DNA of 28,794 nt from a virus (Duplodnaviria > Caudoviricetes), in the IMG/VR virus record IMGVR_UViG_3300020431_000370, positions 1 through 28,794 of that record; one strand, given 5' to 3'. The position numbers were made by a program, and so were the translations under genes. Of the stretch, positions 1 to 8,783 are shown piece after piece. Within the stretch, counting starts at the first letter, position 1, and each line of letters begins with the position of its first letter. Below the pieces are notes generated by a model. That model saw only the letters and a list, made by a program, of their open reading frames with translations, searched no databases and had not been told where the DNA came from.

Positions 1-105
1 AAGGGGGTGCTTGGGGACCTTGTGCTTTGGGTTCCTTTTCAAATCCTTTTTAAGATCCGCAAGAAACCTAAGGTGCTGCTTGGTGTTGGTGGATGGTATC
101 AGAAT
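1..105 (-). CDS. possible small basic protein, runs off window edge; no canonical start
   Basis: Open frame (I)LIPSTNTKQHLRFLADLKKDLKRNPKHKVPKHPL. Only ATT/CTG/ATA are available as starts, after a GAGGA. Not in the ORF track. Confidence 0.25.
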   Translation of the reverse strand, partial: MLIPSTNTKQHLRFLADLKKDLKRNPKHKVPKHPL

Positions 106-275
106 GATGCGTCCTCAACACTGTAGTCAGTATAGCATGATTCTATCTCCCAGTGCTTCCAATCCACCTCTCTTTTTGCTATCATTTGTTCCAGTTCTTC
201 GGTTGTCACACTGTGCTTGATGACTTCCGTTGACTTAACATTTTTTTTATAAATGTGAAATACTCTGTCGTTCAT
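99..275 (-). CDS. hypothetical protein, 58 aa
   Basis: Manual translation MNDRVFHIYKKNVKSTEVIKHSVTTEELEQMIAKREVDWKHWEIESCYTDYSVEDASF*; ATG start; same strand as neighbours; below the ORF-track length cutoff. Confidence 0.75.
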   Translation of the reverse strand: MNDRVFHIYKKNVKSTEVIKHSVTTEELEQMIAKREVDWKHWEIESCYTDYSVEDASF

Positions 276-286
276 GTAATTTATTG

Positions 287-328
287 AAAAGAAAAAAGGG
301 ACCTTCTGTTATGTGGCAGAGGTCCCTT
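287..328 (-). terminator. rho-independent terminator (possibly 3' half of a small RNA)
   Basis: Minus strand AAGGGACCTCTG-ccacataa-CAGAAGGTCCCTT (one bulged base) followed by TTTTCTTTT. Confidence 0.8.
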
Positions 329-345
329 GCGGCGACGATATATTC

Positions 346-353
346 TATTTATT
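346..353 (-). promoter_or_regulatory. T4 late-type (gp55) promoter variant AATAAATA
   Basis: One mismatch to TATAAATA; overlaps the stop codon of the upstream ORF. Confidence 0.45.
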
Positions 354-495
354 AGTTGGTAGGAACCATAATAGGTGTCATCATTCCGCCATCACCTCCA
401 CCATCACCATCATCATCAGATTGTCTTATAATCAATAGCATAAAATTTGCTACCATAAATCCAACTATTAATGCTAGGAAGTTAGAGGTGTCCAT
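352..495 (-). CDS. small membrane protein, 47 aa
   Basis: MDTSNFLALIVGFMVANFMLLIIRQSDDDGDGGGDGGMMTPIMVPTN: one TM helix plus a D/G-rich tail. ATG overlaps the hli stop (TGATG), so the ORF-track start at 573 is too long. Confidence 0.7.
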   Translation of the reverse strand: MDTSNFLALIVGFMVANFMLLIIRQSDDDGDGGGDGGMMTPIMVPTN

Positions 496-602
496 CACCA
501 AATACCTGGAATGAGTTGACCTGTGGTTGCATAACTGCCCATAGCAGCGATGACTCCGAGCATTGCTGCCCAACCGTTGATACGTTCTGCGTTTTCGTTC
601 AT
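495..602 (-). CDS. hli: high-light-inducible protein, 35 aa
   Basis: Manual translation MNENAERINGWAAMLGVIAAMGSYATTGQLIPGIW; AExxNG-x-AM chlorophyll-binding motif and TGQxIPGI tail typical of phage/multicopy hli. Confidence 0.95.
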   Translation of the reverse strand: MNENAERINGWAAMLGVIAAMGSYATTGQLIPGIW

Positions 603-814
603 GAGTTTTCTCCTAATGTAAGATAAAATTTGGTTTGATCTGATGGTGAGTTCTCATAGATGGAACTGTCACCATATTCTTTGTGGTCTTTGTATCCAAC
701 CATACGACCTTTCGTATTTTGGATGGCTCCCATCATAGCAATGATCAGGAAGATTGCAGGTGGTCCAATGATAAGGGCACCTCCAATCACATAATAAGTC
801 AGTAGTTCAATCAT
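599..814 (-). CDS. hypothetical membrane protein, 71 aa
   Basis: N-terminal hydrophobic helix; overlapping start/stop with both flanking hli genes. Confidence 0.75.
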   Translation of the reverse strand: MIELLTYYVIGGALIIGPPAIFLIIAMMGAIQNTKGRMVGYKDHKEYGDSSIYENSPSDQTKFYLTLGENS

Positions 815-1032
815 CAGAATCCGAACGCTCCAAAGAAAAATACGCTACCACTGAAAGCATAAGAGACAACAGCAGCAACAAATCCAACCATAGCAGTCCG
901 TCCATTCAATTTCTCTGCACGTTCTGCATATGACTCATAACCGTAACGCTCTGCATCAGTCTGAGAGACGTACATCTGAGGTTCTTTAGCGAACAGATTC
1001 TGTTGTCCACGATCATTAGTTGTTACAGTCAC
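814..1032 (-). CDS. hli: high-light-inducible protein with N-terminal extension
   Basis: AEKLNGRTAMVGFVAA motif; GTG start preceded by GGAG. Confidence 0.93.
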   Translation of the reverse strand: MTVTTNDRGQQNLFAKEPQMYVSQTDAERYGYESYAERAEKLNGRTAMVGFVAAVVSYAFSGSVFFFGAFGF

Positions 1033-1059
1033 GATACACTCCGTAATGTTTCTTTACAT

Positions 1060-1088
1060 ATTATATAGTAAACATAAAGTTTTGTCAA
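1060..1088 (-). promoter_or_regulatory. consensus sigma70-type promoter for the hli operon
   Basis: TTGACA-17 nt-TATAAT, a perfect match. Confidence 0.9.
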
Positions 1089-1240
1089 TACCTATATTCG
1101 CCAATTTTATCCAATACCTTAGATAAGTACTGATGACCTTTCCATTTCTCACCACTAGAAATTTTCTCTTCATCCAACTGGTGTTTCAGAATATAGATAT
1201 GCGATAACAATTCGTTCTTATCAAGACTTCCTTTTGGCAT
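1085..1240 (-). CDS. hypothetical protein, 51 aa
   Basis: Manual translation MPKGSLDKNELLSHIYILKHQLDEEKISSGEKWKGHQYLSKVLDKIGEYRY*; fills the gap on the coding strand. Confidence 0.75.
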   Translation of the reverse strand: MPKGSLDKNELLSHIYILKHQLDEEKISSGEKWKGHQYLSKVLDKIGEYRY

Positions 1241-1266
1241 ATTAAATTTAAAGTGTTACTTACTAA

Positions 1267-1827
1267 TTATACGTACTTTGCCCAACCTGTCGCAATATAC
1301 TTAGTTTTTGTGTTAGAAACCTGACTTCTATGAACATGGGTAAAGAACGCAGGCCAAACACATAACTTACCAGCCTTGGCTTCCATAACAGCATCTTGAT
1401 TTAAAAACTCAGTTCCACCATCGTCAACATCATTCAGATAAATCATCCAAGCAAGGACTCTCTTCATCGAATCGGGATCGTATCCTGATGATTCACAGTG
1501 CCATTGTTTAAATCCCTCTCCTGGATTATATTTCTGCAAATTATAAGAACCATCCACATCCCAAGGAGTGTCAAGAGCATTAATGCCTATACAAAAATCC
1601 ATGTACTCACGAACTCCAATAGACACTGCCTTTCCGAGGATAATGTCAGCCATACATTCGTCATGGAAATCCATTCTCAAATCGGTACTAACTTTAATAT
1701 TAGAATCTATCTCATTGCCAGCAACCTTTCCTAAGGTATGTTCATTACTATTTTTTTCAAAAAAATCCAGTACCTTCAGACAATCTTCTGTAGATAAAGC
1801 ACCTTCTTTTTGATATACAAAATTCAT
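1267..1827 (-). CDS. 2OG-Fe(II) oxygenase (prolyl-hydroxylase-like)
   Basis: WHCE (HxD/E), WMIYLND..GGTEF, distal H in THVHRS, KYIATGW. Confidence 0.9.
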   Translation of the reverse strand: MNFVYQKEGALSTEDCLKVLDFFEKNSNEHTLGKVAGNEIDSNIKVSTDLRMDFHDECMADIILGKAVSIGVREYMDFCIGINALDTPWDVDGSYNLQKYNPGEGFKQWHCESSGYDPDSMKRVLAWMIYLNDVDDGGTEFLNQDAVMEAKAGKLCVWPAFFTHVHRSQVSNTKTKYIATGWAKYV

Positions 1828-2048
1828 TTATTAATCTGATTATCTAACTGAGATTCCATCCTAGCCACATGCACAACCAATTCCATATGTTGGCTCTCCA
1901 TAATTTGTAGTTGATGCTGAAGTTTTTCTATCATATCATAAAGATTTTCATGAGTACAATCAATTTGTGACTTGTCTTTAGGAATCGTATATCCCTTATC
2001 AGTATTTGAATAGAACCATTTAGCAAGTTTTTTGACTTTCTTTTTCAT
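1824..2048 (-). CDS. hypothetical protein with coiled-coil C-terminus
   Basis: ATG at 2048 (MKKKVKKL) preferred over the TTG at 2075; overlaps the next gene's start. Confidence 0.65.
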   Translation of the reverse strand: MKKKVKKLAKWFYSNTDKGYTIPKDKSQIDCTHENLYDMIEKLQHQLQIMESQHMELVVHVARMESQLDNQINK

Positions 2049-2056
2049 TTGATTAC

Positions 2057-2266
2057 TCAGTCTAATTGGTAACAAGTTGATCGAGCTAGTTCTGGATTCT
2101 TTTTGAGTGTTCTAAACACATGACCGTGAACGTCTGATTCTAAAGTAAGGTGTGCTTTAGTATGCACGACCTGAATCATGAATAACATTCCAACAAACGT
2201 AAGGTTTAGGTAAGTAACTGGATGATTAAAACCTTTCCATAGAAATTTAATCACTGGTGTGTTCAT
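2057..2266 (-). CDS. hypothetical membrane protein, 69 aa
   Basis: ATG start and one hydrophobic segment; follows a terminator. Confidence 0.7.
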   Translation of the reverse strand: MNTPVIKFLWKGFNHPVTYLNLTFVGMLFMIQVVHTKAHLTLESDVHGHVFRTLKKNPELARSTCYQLD

Positions 2267-2301
2267 TACAAATACATCAATAGTATATATTACTGGGCAT
2301 T

Positions 2302-2326
2302 AAAAAGGGACTCTCGTCAGAGTCCC
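2302..2326 (-). terminator. rho-independent terminator
   Basis: GGGACTCT-gacg-AGAGTCCC followed by TTTTT, downstream of the OMP gene. Confidence 0.85.
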
Positions 2327-2361
2327 CGAACATCTAGATGTTTATGTGTCTATATTGAATA

Positions 2362-2733
2362 TCAGAAGTTGTACTTGACGCCCAACTTACCGCCATAACC
2401 ACGGTCAAGATCTTCGTCACCAGAACCGATGAATGATACTTCACCATATGCACCAAGTGAGTCTGTCAGTGCAAGACCTAGGCCTGCCTTACCAGAAGGA
2501 ACGGTGTCGCTTTCGCCACTGTCAGGGGAGACTACAGCAACGCCACCTTGTACATAGTACGAAGCAGACTCGCCAAGTGCGCCTTCGTACCCTACGTGAA
2601 GATCTGTCGTGGTTGAATTGTAATCAGAACCCGTCCAACCAGCATTAGCTTCTACGTTGACGTAGGGACCTGCAAGGGCAGCGCCAGCGGATGCGAACAG
2701 AGCAGCGGAGGCTGCGAATACAGATTTAAACAT
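2362..2733 (-). CDS. small outer-membrane beta-barrel protein of cyanophage type
   Basis: Signal peptide ending in ALA, alternating beta-strand pattern, C-terminal GVKYNF (Bam-type aromatic terminus); more GC-rich than neighbours. Confidence 0.85.
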   Translation of the reverse strand: MFKSVFAASAALFASAGAALAGPYVNVEANAGWTGSDYNSTTTDLHVGYEGALGESASYYVQGGVAVVSPDSGESDTVPSGKAGLGLALTDSLGAYGEVSFIGSGDEDLDRGYGGKLGVKYNF

Positions 2734-2754
2734 TTAAAAATACCTTTAGTTACT

Positions 2755-2834
2755 TGCGGAATGGTTACCCGCAGATGAATAGAGACATCGACTTGTCTCG
2801 TTGTTAAATATACAACTGGCACAGTGCCAATTGT
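2755..2834 (-). promoter_or_regulatory. structured 5' leader with three hairpins
   Basis: ACAATTGGCA/TGCCAGTTGT (2812-2834), GAGAC/GTCTC (2782-2799), TGCGG/CCGCA (2755-2773). Confidence 0.55.
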
Positions 2835-2864
2835 CACAACCCGTAACAAAACAGGTTGGTTCAG

Positions 2865-2898
2865 TATTTATACTACCTTAGATTTTGAAGTTTGTCAA
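2865..2898 (-). promoter_or_regulatory. composite sigma70 plus T4-late promoter
   Basis: TTGACA-17 nt-TAGTAT overlapping a perfect TATAAATA (2865-2872). Confidence 0.8.
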
Positions 2899-2906
2899 GC
2901 GCGAGA

Positions 2907-3707
2907 TTAGGCAGTGTCCCTATCTCGTCCTGCAACACGTCCAAGGTAAGGATCATACTCAGTGATCTTATCGATAGTTAGATCACTGCCACGGGTCTCC
3001 CAGAGGTTCCTGAGACCGTCATGAGATCCTCTATGGAAGATCTCAATATGTTCTGGATGAATGGAAGATCCCAATTCGATCTTATACAAAAAGATAGGAG
3101 CAGCATATGAAACTCCAGAGTTGTAGATAAGATCGTCTGCAACTGGACGAGGCTTTACACCGTTGTCCAGTTTATATTTTTCACCACGGCAATGGTGATT
3201 AATGATTTTCTTAGCATGATGTCTAGTTATGGCATAACATGCAGTAGAAAAGTCATTGACAAATCTACGATGAATATTGACATGCAATTCACCAGGACAA
3301 ATGATTGCTACCTGGCAAATATCCCAATCGTATGGAATCCTAGAGATGAATTGTCTCCAGGTGAATGTCCAATACCTAGCAGTACTGATGTCACAATCAT
3401 CTTCCATGATGATTGCGTAAGGTTCATCAGTTTCCTCATAGAAATGTTTGATAGCTTGAAGGTGAGATGTGACGCATCCAATCTCACCAGGACTCATGTT
3501 ATCAGGGTATCTGCCTTGGATAATATCACTGAGATCGTCACCAATCTCGGGTCTACCATCGTAAGCAGAGATTCTAGTATAGTCTTTGATTTCCCAATAG
3601 TCAAGTTGTTCCTGCATCCACTCCCAGCGTTCTGGTTGACCATCAAGATTGATGACGTAGAGAGGACCAAACCCCTTTAGTTTATAAGTAGATTTATTCT
3701 TGTCCAT
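2907..3707 (-). CDS. glycosyltransferase family 25
   Basis: YVINLD...R, ISAYDG, GEIGCVTSH and IMEDD motifs. Confidence 0.9.
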   Translation of the reverse strand: MDKNKSTYKLKGFGPLYVINLDGQPERWEWMQEQLDYWEIKDYTRISAYDGRPEIGDDLSDIIQGRYPDNMSPGEIGCVTSHLQAIKHFYEETDEPYAIIMEDDCDISTARYWTFTWRQFISRIPYDWDICQVAIICPGELHVNIHRRFVNDFSTACYAITRHHAKKIINHHCRGEKYKLDNGVKPRPVADDLIYNSGVSYAAPIFLYKIELGSSIHPEHIEIFHRGSHDGLRNLWETRGSDLTIDKITEYDPYLGRVAGRDRDTA

Positions 3708-4215
3708 TGGGTTCTAAATCAAAAAAGAATACTTGTGTTAGTCTGCTAGTTTCAAGAGTAGTTCCAAATCCAGGAACTATACTCCTATGATACAATGATT
3801 TACCTCGATATGCAACCAGTCTATTATAGACGTTGCCTACGGCAATATTCATTTCCCATTCATCGTCATCGTCTTTATGATAAATTCCTGTTCCAGATTC
3901 AACATCTGGATAGGGAGTGAGATAGAGAACAGCTGCCCAGTCAGTACATACATCAGTGTGTACCCAGGTTTCTGTTCCCTCTTCACAAGATTGGCAATAG
4001 AAAGTATCATTATCCCAGTACCATTTAATCTTTGCATTAAAAATTTTCTGGAATTTGGCATCGATCTCATAAAATAGATCTCCACCAAGTCCTTTAGAAC
4101 TCCTACTTCCAGGAACATTTTTCTGAATGTAAGTGTAATCTAATGAAAGTGCAGTTTGTCTAATTAGATCTGGATTATCTAAAAAGTTATCGATAACAAT
4201 TAAGTTCTTATCCAT
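3694..4215 (-). CDS. 2OG-Fe(II) oxygenase-like protein (DUF6445-like)
   Basis: IVIDNFLDNPD, WVHTD, WAAVLYL, GTGIY, YNRLV, YHRS, RLTQVFFF. Confidence 0.8.
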   Translation of the reverse strand: MDKNLIVIDNFLDNPDLIRQTALSLDYTYIQKNVPGSRSSKGLGGDLFYEIDAKFQKIFNAKIKWYWDNDTFYCQSCEEGTETWVHTDVCTDWAAVLYLTPYPDVESGTGIYHKDDDDEWEMNIAVGNVYNRLVAYRGKSLYHRSIVPGFGTTLETSRLTQVFFFDLEPNGQE

Positions 4216-5057
4216 CCTGCGGCATAAAGATCAGAGGTGTTCTTATCTTTGTAGTCTGGTCCAAACCACATTTCAGGTGCAACAACTGTGCCCCTGTTAT
4301 TCTGAAGATATGCTCCCCACCATGACAACGATGAGTTGGCAATGATTGCACCAGAACATAGACTCATGATGCAAAGGTCCACGAAAGGTTCCCAGGATCC
4401 ATCTGAATACTTATCTTGAGGTTCAGAGACTAAGAACCTATCATGAGAGAAGAACTCCTGTTCCTTGACCCATTCTGGAGAGTCTGAGCAGACAACAACA
4501 GGTTGATCATCATCAAAATGTGTTAGAGCTTTCTCATAATAAGAAATAGGTTGTGGTGGATGTTGCGACGAACATTGAGTATACGACCACTTAAATCCCC
4601 TAGCATCGACAAGGTTAGGATCTCCCCTACGAACATGAAGAAAGATCGGTGCTTGATCGAGAGAATCGATCATCTCTTTACATGGATCCAGAATTGAATC
4701 GTGGAAAGTAAAGTCTCTTAGAATCTCATCCTTAATGTTCGCAAAGTATTTCTCTGACTGAAAGAATCCAAACAAACTAACGTCGTTCGGGCACATTCTA
4801 TGCAGTTCTTCGTCAAAGTGGAAATGTTTTTCGACAACCACTGGAGCATGTCCACGATCAAGAATATGTAGGTTGGAAGAACCAACAGATTCTAACTTGA
4901 ATGCTCTACCGAGACTATAGTTATCAACACGTTTTGCATCATGTGGAGGAATACCAAATTGATATCCTCTCATTGCAGCAATACCTCTGACTGCTGCATA
5001 CTGGAACATCTGGTTACCCAGTCTTCCTAAGTTTCCAAGTTGATTAAAGGCTAGCAT
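4200..5057 (-). CDS. glycosyltransferase family 11 (alpha-1,2-fucosyltransferase-like)
   Basis: GRLGNQMFQYA, GFFQSEKYF, HVRRGD, SD, NSSLSWWGAYL. Confidence 0.93.
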   Translation of the reverse strand: MLAFNQLGNLGRLGNQMFQYAAVRGIAAMRGYQFGIPPHDAKRVDNYSLGRAFKLESVGSSNLHILDRGHAPVVVEKHFHFDEELHRMCPNDVSLFGFFQSEKYFANIKDEILRDFTFHDSILDPCKEMIDSLDQAPIFLHVRRGDPNLVDARGFKWSYTQCSSQHPPQPISYYEKALTHFDDDQPVVVCSDSPEWVKEQEFFSHDRFLVSEPQDKYSDGSWEPFVDLCIMSLCSGAIIANSSLSWWGAYLQNNRGTVVAPEMWFGPDYKDKNTSDLYAAGWIRT

Positions 5058-5880
5058 TGAGTTCTTCTCCCCGACGTTTAATGTAATCTAATTTTGAATA
5101 ATATTGAGTCAAACTGTCTTTACTTTGTGTACGAATCCAGTTCCATAGTCGATCATTATCTTGAAACTTGGGATTGTGGTAGTGTGAGTTGAACGTTCTA
5201 CCATGTTCAAAATGATAGATGTCATCAATAACTCTGCCTACTTTGAACCCAAAAAGATTGAGTCGATAATAAAACTCACAGTCTTCAGCACCCCATGAAA
5301 TAAACTCTTCGTTCCACATACCAGCGGAAACTTGTGCAGCTTTCGTAATCATCTGTCCCCATCCAATAGAAGAGGGGATTCTTTGTTTACTACTATCAAG
5401 TACGCTTAGATCAAAGTCTGTACCATCATGAGAGGAAAGGAATTTATCCAGCAACTCATCAGAATATGTAACAGCCCACTGATAAATGCCGCATCCAAAA
5501 GGATAAACAGCATCAGATCCTTCTTGTGTAATTCCTTGGTAGGCAAGTTCATGACTATTTTTTGGCAGAACTACATCAACATCGTGGTTATAGATGATTG
5601 GAGTATCCGCTTCGACACATAGGTCATTTAGGATTCTAGTTTTATGGAAAAATTTCTCATCACTCTTCTCAAAACTATGTTTTAGTTGACCGATATCCCC
5701 AACATACTTTTTTATTTGAGGAAGAGCATACTCAATAAAATTTGATTTGGTATCAACTTCTTTAATTAAAACTTTTGCATCAGGAAAATTCTTAAGGATA
5801 TATGATACTGATGTAACTACATTACGAAGACGATCATCAGTTTCGATTCTACAAGGCAATAGATAAGTTAAGTCTTTCAT
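5044..5880 (-). CDS. GT-A fold glycosyltransferase (GT2/GT7 C-terminal type)
   Basis: DVD (DxD) motif, GMWNEEFISWGAEDCEF, and H-x-x-H. Confidence 0.85.
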   Translation of the reverse strand: MKDLTYLLPCRIETDDRLRNVVTSVSYILKNFPDAKVLIKEVDTKSNFIEYALPQIKKYVGDIGQLKHSFEKSDEKFFHKTRILNDLCVEADTPIIYNHDVDVVLPKNSHELAYQGITQEGSDAVYPFGCGIYQWAVTYSDELLDKFLSSHDGTDFDLSVLDSSKQRIPSSIGWGQMITKAAQVSAGMWNEEFISWGAEDCEFYYRLNLFGFKVGRVIDDIYHFEHGRTFNSHYHNPKFQDNDRLWNWIRTQSKDSLTQYYSKLDYIKRRGEELNASL

Positions 5881-6773
5881 TGGGGAGTCACAGGCGTTGG
5901 ATCGTTATGAAGTTTGATCCATCTCTGTGGAATCATGTCCTTCATATTATAGTGTTCGTATGCAGGTCCAAACCAGGGATCAGGAACTACAACCTTACCC
6001 GCATTATTCTGCAACCAAGCTCCCCACCATGACAACGATGAGTTAGCGATGATTGCACCTCCACAAAGACTCATTAAACAGAGATCGATGTATGGCACAG
6101 AAGCACCATCGCCAAACTCTTCATAAGATGAATCAGAGAACTGGAATCTATCACCTTGTAACCATGACTGATCTTTACACCAATCAATAGTGTCCGATAC
6201 GACAATAATATTTTTATCTTCTGGAAACTCTTTCAAAGCTTCAAGATAATATTCTTCCTTACACAATGGATGATATTCTTGTACCATTTGATACGACCAC
6301 TTCTCACCTCTCCTCCCAGTAAGATTCGGAGAACCTCTACGAACGTGTAGAAAAATACATCCGTCACGTCCACCAAGAGAATCAATATAATCTTGGCAAG
6401 GTGTTAGGTAAGATTCCTTAAAAGTAAAATCTTCGCGGATGGAAGCAGTGATCTTCTCAAAGTATCGCTCTGTCTGAAAGTTACCAGAGAAGTCTGAATC
6501 ATCGGAACATTCATTAAAAATTTGTTCATTGAAATGCATGTCACGATATTCGACCCTATTGGCAATAAAATACTCTCCAATATTTTTTTCCCGATCACAA
6601 TTAGCCAGTTCAAAACAATCGAATAGACCATAGTTGTCTAGTCGATCTGCATCTGGTCCAGGAACAAACCATTCAAATCCCCTATTGTCTGCAACTCCGC
6701 GAACAAAAGCGTACTGGAACATCTGGTTACCCAGCCGACCTTCATTACCAAGTCCCTTAAATGTAATAGCCAT
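5877..6773 (-). CDS. glycosyltransferase family 11
   Basis: GRLGNQMFQYA, GNFQTERYF, HVRRGS, NSSLSWWGAWL. Confidence 0.93.
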   Translation of the reverse strand: MAITFKGLGNEGRLGNQMFQYAFVRGVADNRGFEWFVPGPDADRLDNYGLFDCFELANCDREKNIGEYFIANRVEYRDMHFNEQIFNECSDDSDFSGNFQTERYFEKITASIREDFTFKESYLTPCQDYIDSLGGRDGCIFLHVRRGSPNLTGRRGEKWSYQMVQEYHPLCKEEYYLEALKEFPEDKNIIVVSDTIDWCKDQSWLQGDRFQFSDSSYEEFGDGASVPYIDLCLMSLCGGAIIANSSLSWWGAWLQNNAGKVVVPDPWFGPAYEHYNMKDMIPQRWIKLHNDPTPVTPQ

Positions 6774-6774
6774 T

Positions 6775-7635
6775 TCACTTACTCCAATCTAAAGTTTCCC
6801 AACGTGCAGGAACGATCATAGAAGTATCTAGGTGAGTCATAGAAGACCCAAACCACTTCTCTGGATTAGGAGCAACAATTTTTCCACGATCATTCTGCAA
6901 CCAAGCTCCCCACCAACTGAAAGAACTATTTGCAATGATGCCACCAGAACAAAGACTCATCAAACACAGATCAACCTGTGGGAGAAGAGTATTCTGCATC
7001 TTACCAGTACCATCAATAGTCTGATACGGATACCTTTCATTGTTTTCATTAAACATGAATCGATCATCACTAAAGAATGACTGTTGTTTGCACCAGCCAA
7101 TATCATCAGTGAATACAAAACATGGAGTATCTTTGGGGAAGTGAGTTAACGCTTCCTCATAATAACTGATCGGAAGAATAGGATGGAACTCTTCCCTGCC
7201 GATGTTATCTGCCTGTCGGACATGTATAAAAATGGGAGGACGGTCAAAAGAGTTAACCAACTCATTACAAGGATCCAAATAATCCGAACGGAAAGTGAAG
7301 TCCTCATGAATATTATCCACTATATGTAAGAAGTAATCTTCACACTGTAAATATGCATCGATATTTACATTATCTTTCGTATAATATAATTTATCATCGA
7401 AAGCATGTGTAGACTCTCCTACGTTAGGAAAGTTAGTAATCCCCAAATTATCTGACTTGCAATGAACCATTTGAAAGGTCTCAAACAAACCATAATTATC
7501 CCGATGATTAGTATCATCAGGAGGAATCATCCAATCGTATCCGTTATAAGCAGCGATGCCTCGCAAGGAGGCATACTGAAACATTTGATTACCTAGTCGT
7601 CCATTACTTCCTAGACGATTATAACTAATGGTCAA
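6775..7635 (-). CDS. glycosyltransferase family 11
   Basis: GRLGNQMFQYA, HVRQAD, NSSFSWWGAWL. The TTG at 7635 overlaps the upstream stop (TTGA) and matches paralog length; the ORF track starts at 7650. Confidence 0.9.
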   Translation of the reverse strand: MTISYNRLGSNGRLGNQMFQYASLRGIAAYNGYDWMIPPDDTNHRDNYGLFETFQMVHCKSDNLGITNFPNVGESTHAFDDKLYYTKDNVNIDAYLQCEDYFLHIVDNIHEDFTFRSDYLDPCNELVNSFDRPPIFIHVRQADNIGREEFHPILPISYYEEALTHFPKDTPCFVFTDDIGWCKQQSFFSDDRFMFNENNERYPYQTIDGTGKMQNTLLPQVDLCLMSLCSGGIIANSSFSWWGAWLQNDRGKIVAPNPEKWFGSSMTHLDTSMIVPARWETLDWSK

Positions 7636-8783
7636 AGGTCGATCCTCCAAAACGGTTCGTGAATTTCTGCAGGGTTCTTAACAAAGATTATATTGTCTCC
7701 GTAAAGATCAATCAATTCCTCTTCATGTTGATCAATAACATCTTGAATCTCCTGAACATAAACAGTATACCCATCTTTCAGTAAGTCTTCAACCAGCAAG
7801 AATCGTGGACTCTCTACTGTCATGTCAGATCCTTTCTTAAAGGCAATGCTCTCAATGAAAAAAGGAAGATTGTTTACATTCTGTTCGATGCAATATCGTT
7901 TAATAAAGTTTGCATGTACATTATTAAAGTCATCGGTAATACCAGGAAGATTATACTCAAGACCAACGGTCTTAGCATAGTGTCCCAATGCACGATTATC
8001 TCGGGGCAAACAAGGACCACCAAAGCCTAATCCATAACCTAGGTATTTACTTCCAACTCTAGTATCATCTCCGACAGCAGTAAGAACATTATCAATCTCA
8101 TCCCCACAACCAGAGTTGTAAAGAATTTGACCCATCATATTTGCGTAACTAATCTTATATGTAAGGAAACAATTCACACCAATTTTAGTGATCTCTGCAG
8201 CCTTGCGAGACATTGGATAGAAGTGAACATCACTATCCTGAATGTCCTCATAGATCATTTGAATCTCACCAAATCCTCTAGAATCATCTCCTCCACAGAG
8301 AATCATATCAGCACCTTTCATATCACGAATGATAGTTCCTTGTGCAATAAACTCTGGATTATAATACACAGAGATGCCACGATCTTTGAGACGATCCTGG
8401 ACCGTATCACTGTACCCAGGATTGACTGTAGACCCAATAACAAAAACTTTATCCTGCAAGTCAGGAGATTTTAGTAGATCATCCACAACCATGTCCACAC
8501 ACTGGCAGTCATAACTACCGTCTGGAAGAGAAGGAGTGGGGACAAACGTAAAGATAAAATCCGATGAACGAATAACTTCTTGGTTATTGACCGTAGCCTG
8601 AAAATTTTCAGCTCTCATTAAAAGATCTTCAACTTCAGGTTCGTTACTAAAAATTTCACGACTGTTCAGTTGAGTGACGTATTTTGATTGCACGTCAGAA
8701 ACAATGACAGAATGTCCACTCTCTTCACAAAGAAGAGCGAAGCAGATTCCTAGACGACCTGCACCAATGACACCGATTCTCAT
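7632..8783 (-). CDS. UDP-glucose/GDP-mannose 6-dehydrogenase family protein
   Basis: GAGRLG Rossmann motif, VPTP, STV.PG, NPEF, K..N, catalytic GFGGPCLPRD, AFKKGSD...ESP. Confidence 0.92.
   Translation of the reverse strand: MRIGVIGAGRLGICFALLCEESGHSVIVSDVQSKYVTQLNSREIFSNEPEVEDLLMRAENFQATVNNQEVIRSSDFIFTFVPTPSLPDGSYDCQCVDMVVDDLLKSPDLQDKVFVIGSTVNPGYSDTVQDRLKDRGISVYYNPEFIAQGTIIRDMKGADMILCGGDDSRGFGEIQMIYEDIQDSDVHFYPMSRKAAEITKIGVNCFLTYKISYANMMGQILYNSGCGDEIDNVLTAVGDDTRVGSKYLGYGLGFGGPCLPRDNRALGHYAKTVGLEYNLPGITDDFNNVHANFIKRYCIEQNVNNLPFFIESIAFKKGSDMTVESPRFLLVEDLLKDGYTVYVQEIQDVIDQHEEELIDLYGDNIIFVKNPAEIHEPFWRIDL

Noticed and set aside
11-220. 69-aa plus-strand ORF
   Set aside because: Antisense to a better minus-strand gene (99-275); TTG start and no motifs.
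496-573. N-terminal extension of ORF 352..573
   Set aside because: Overlaps the 35-aa hli in another frame; the true start is the ATG at 495.
2329-2342. 14-bp perfect palindrome AACATCTAGATGTT
   Set aside because: Single copy next to a terminator; cannot distinguish an operator from chance.
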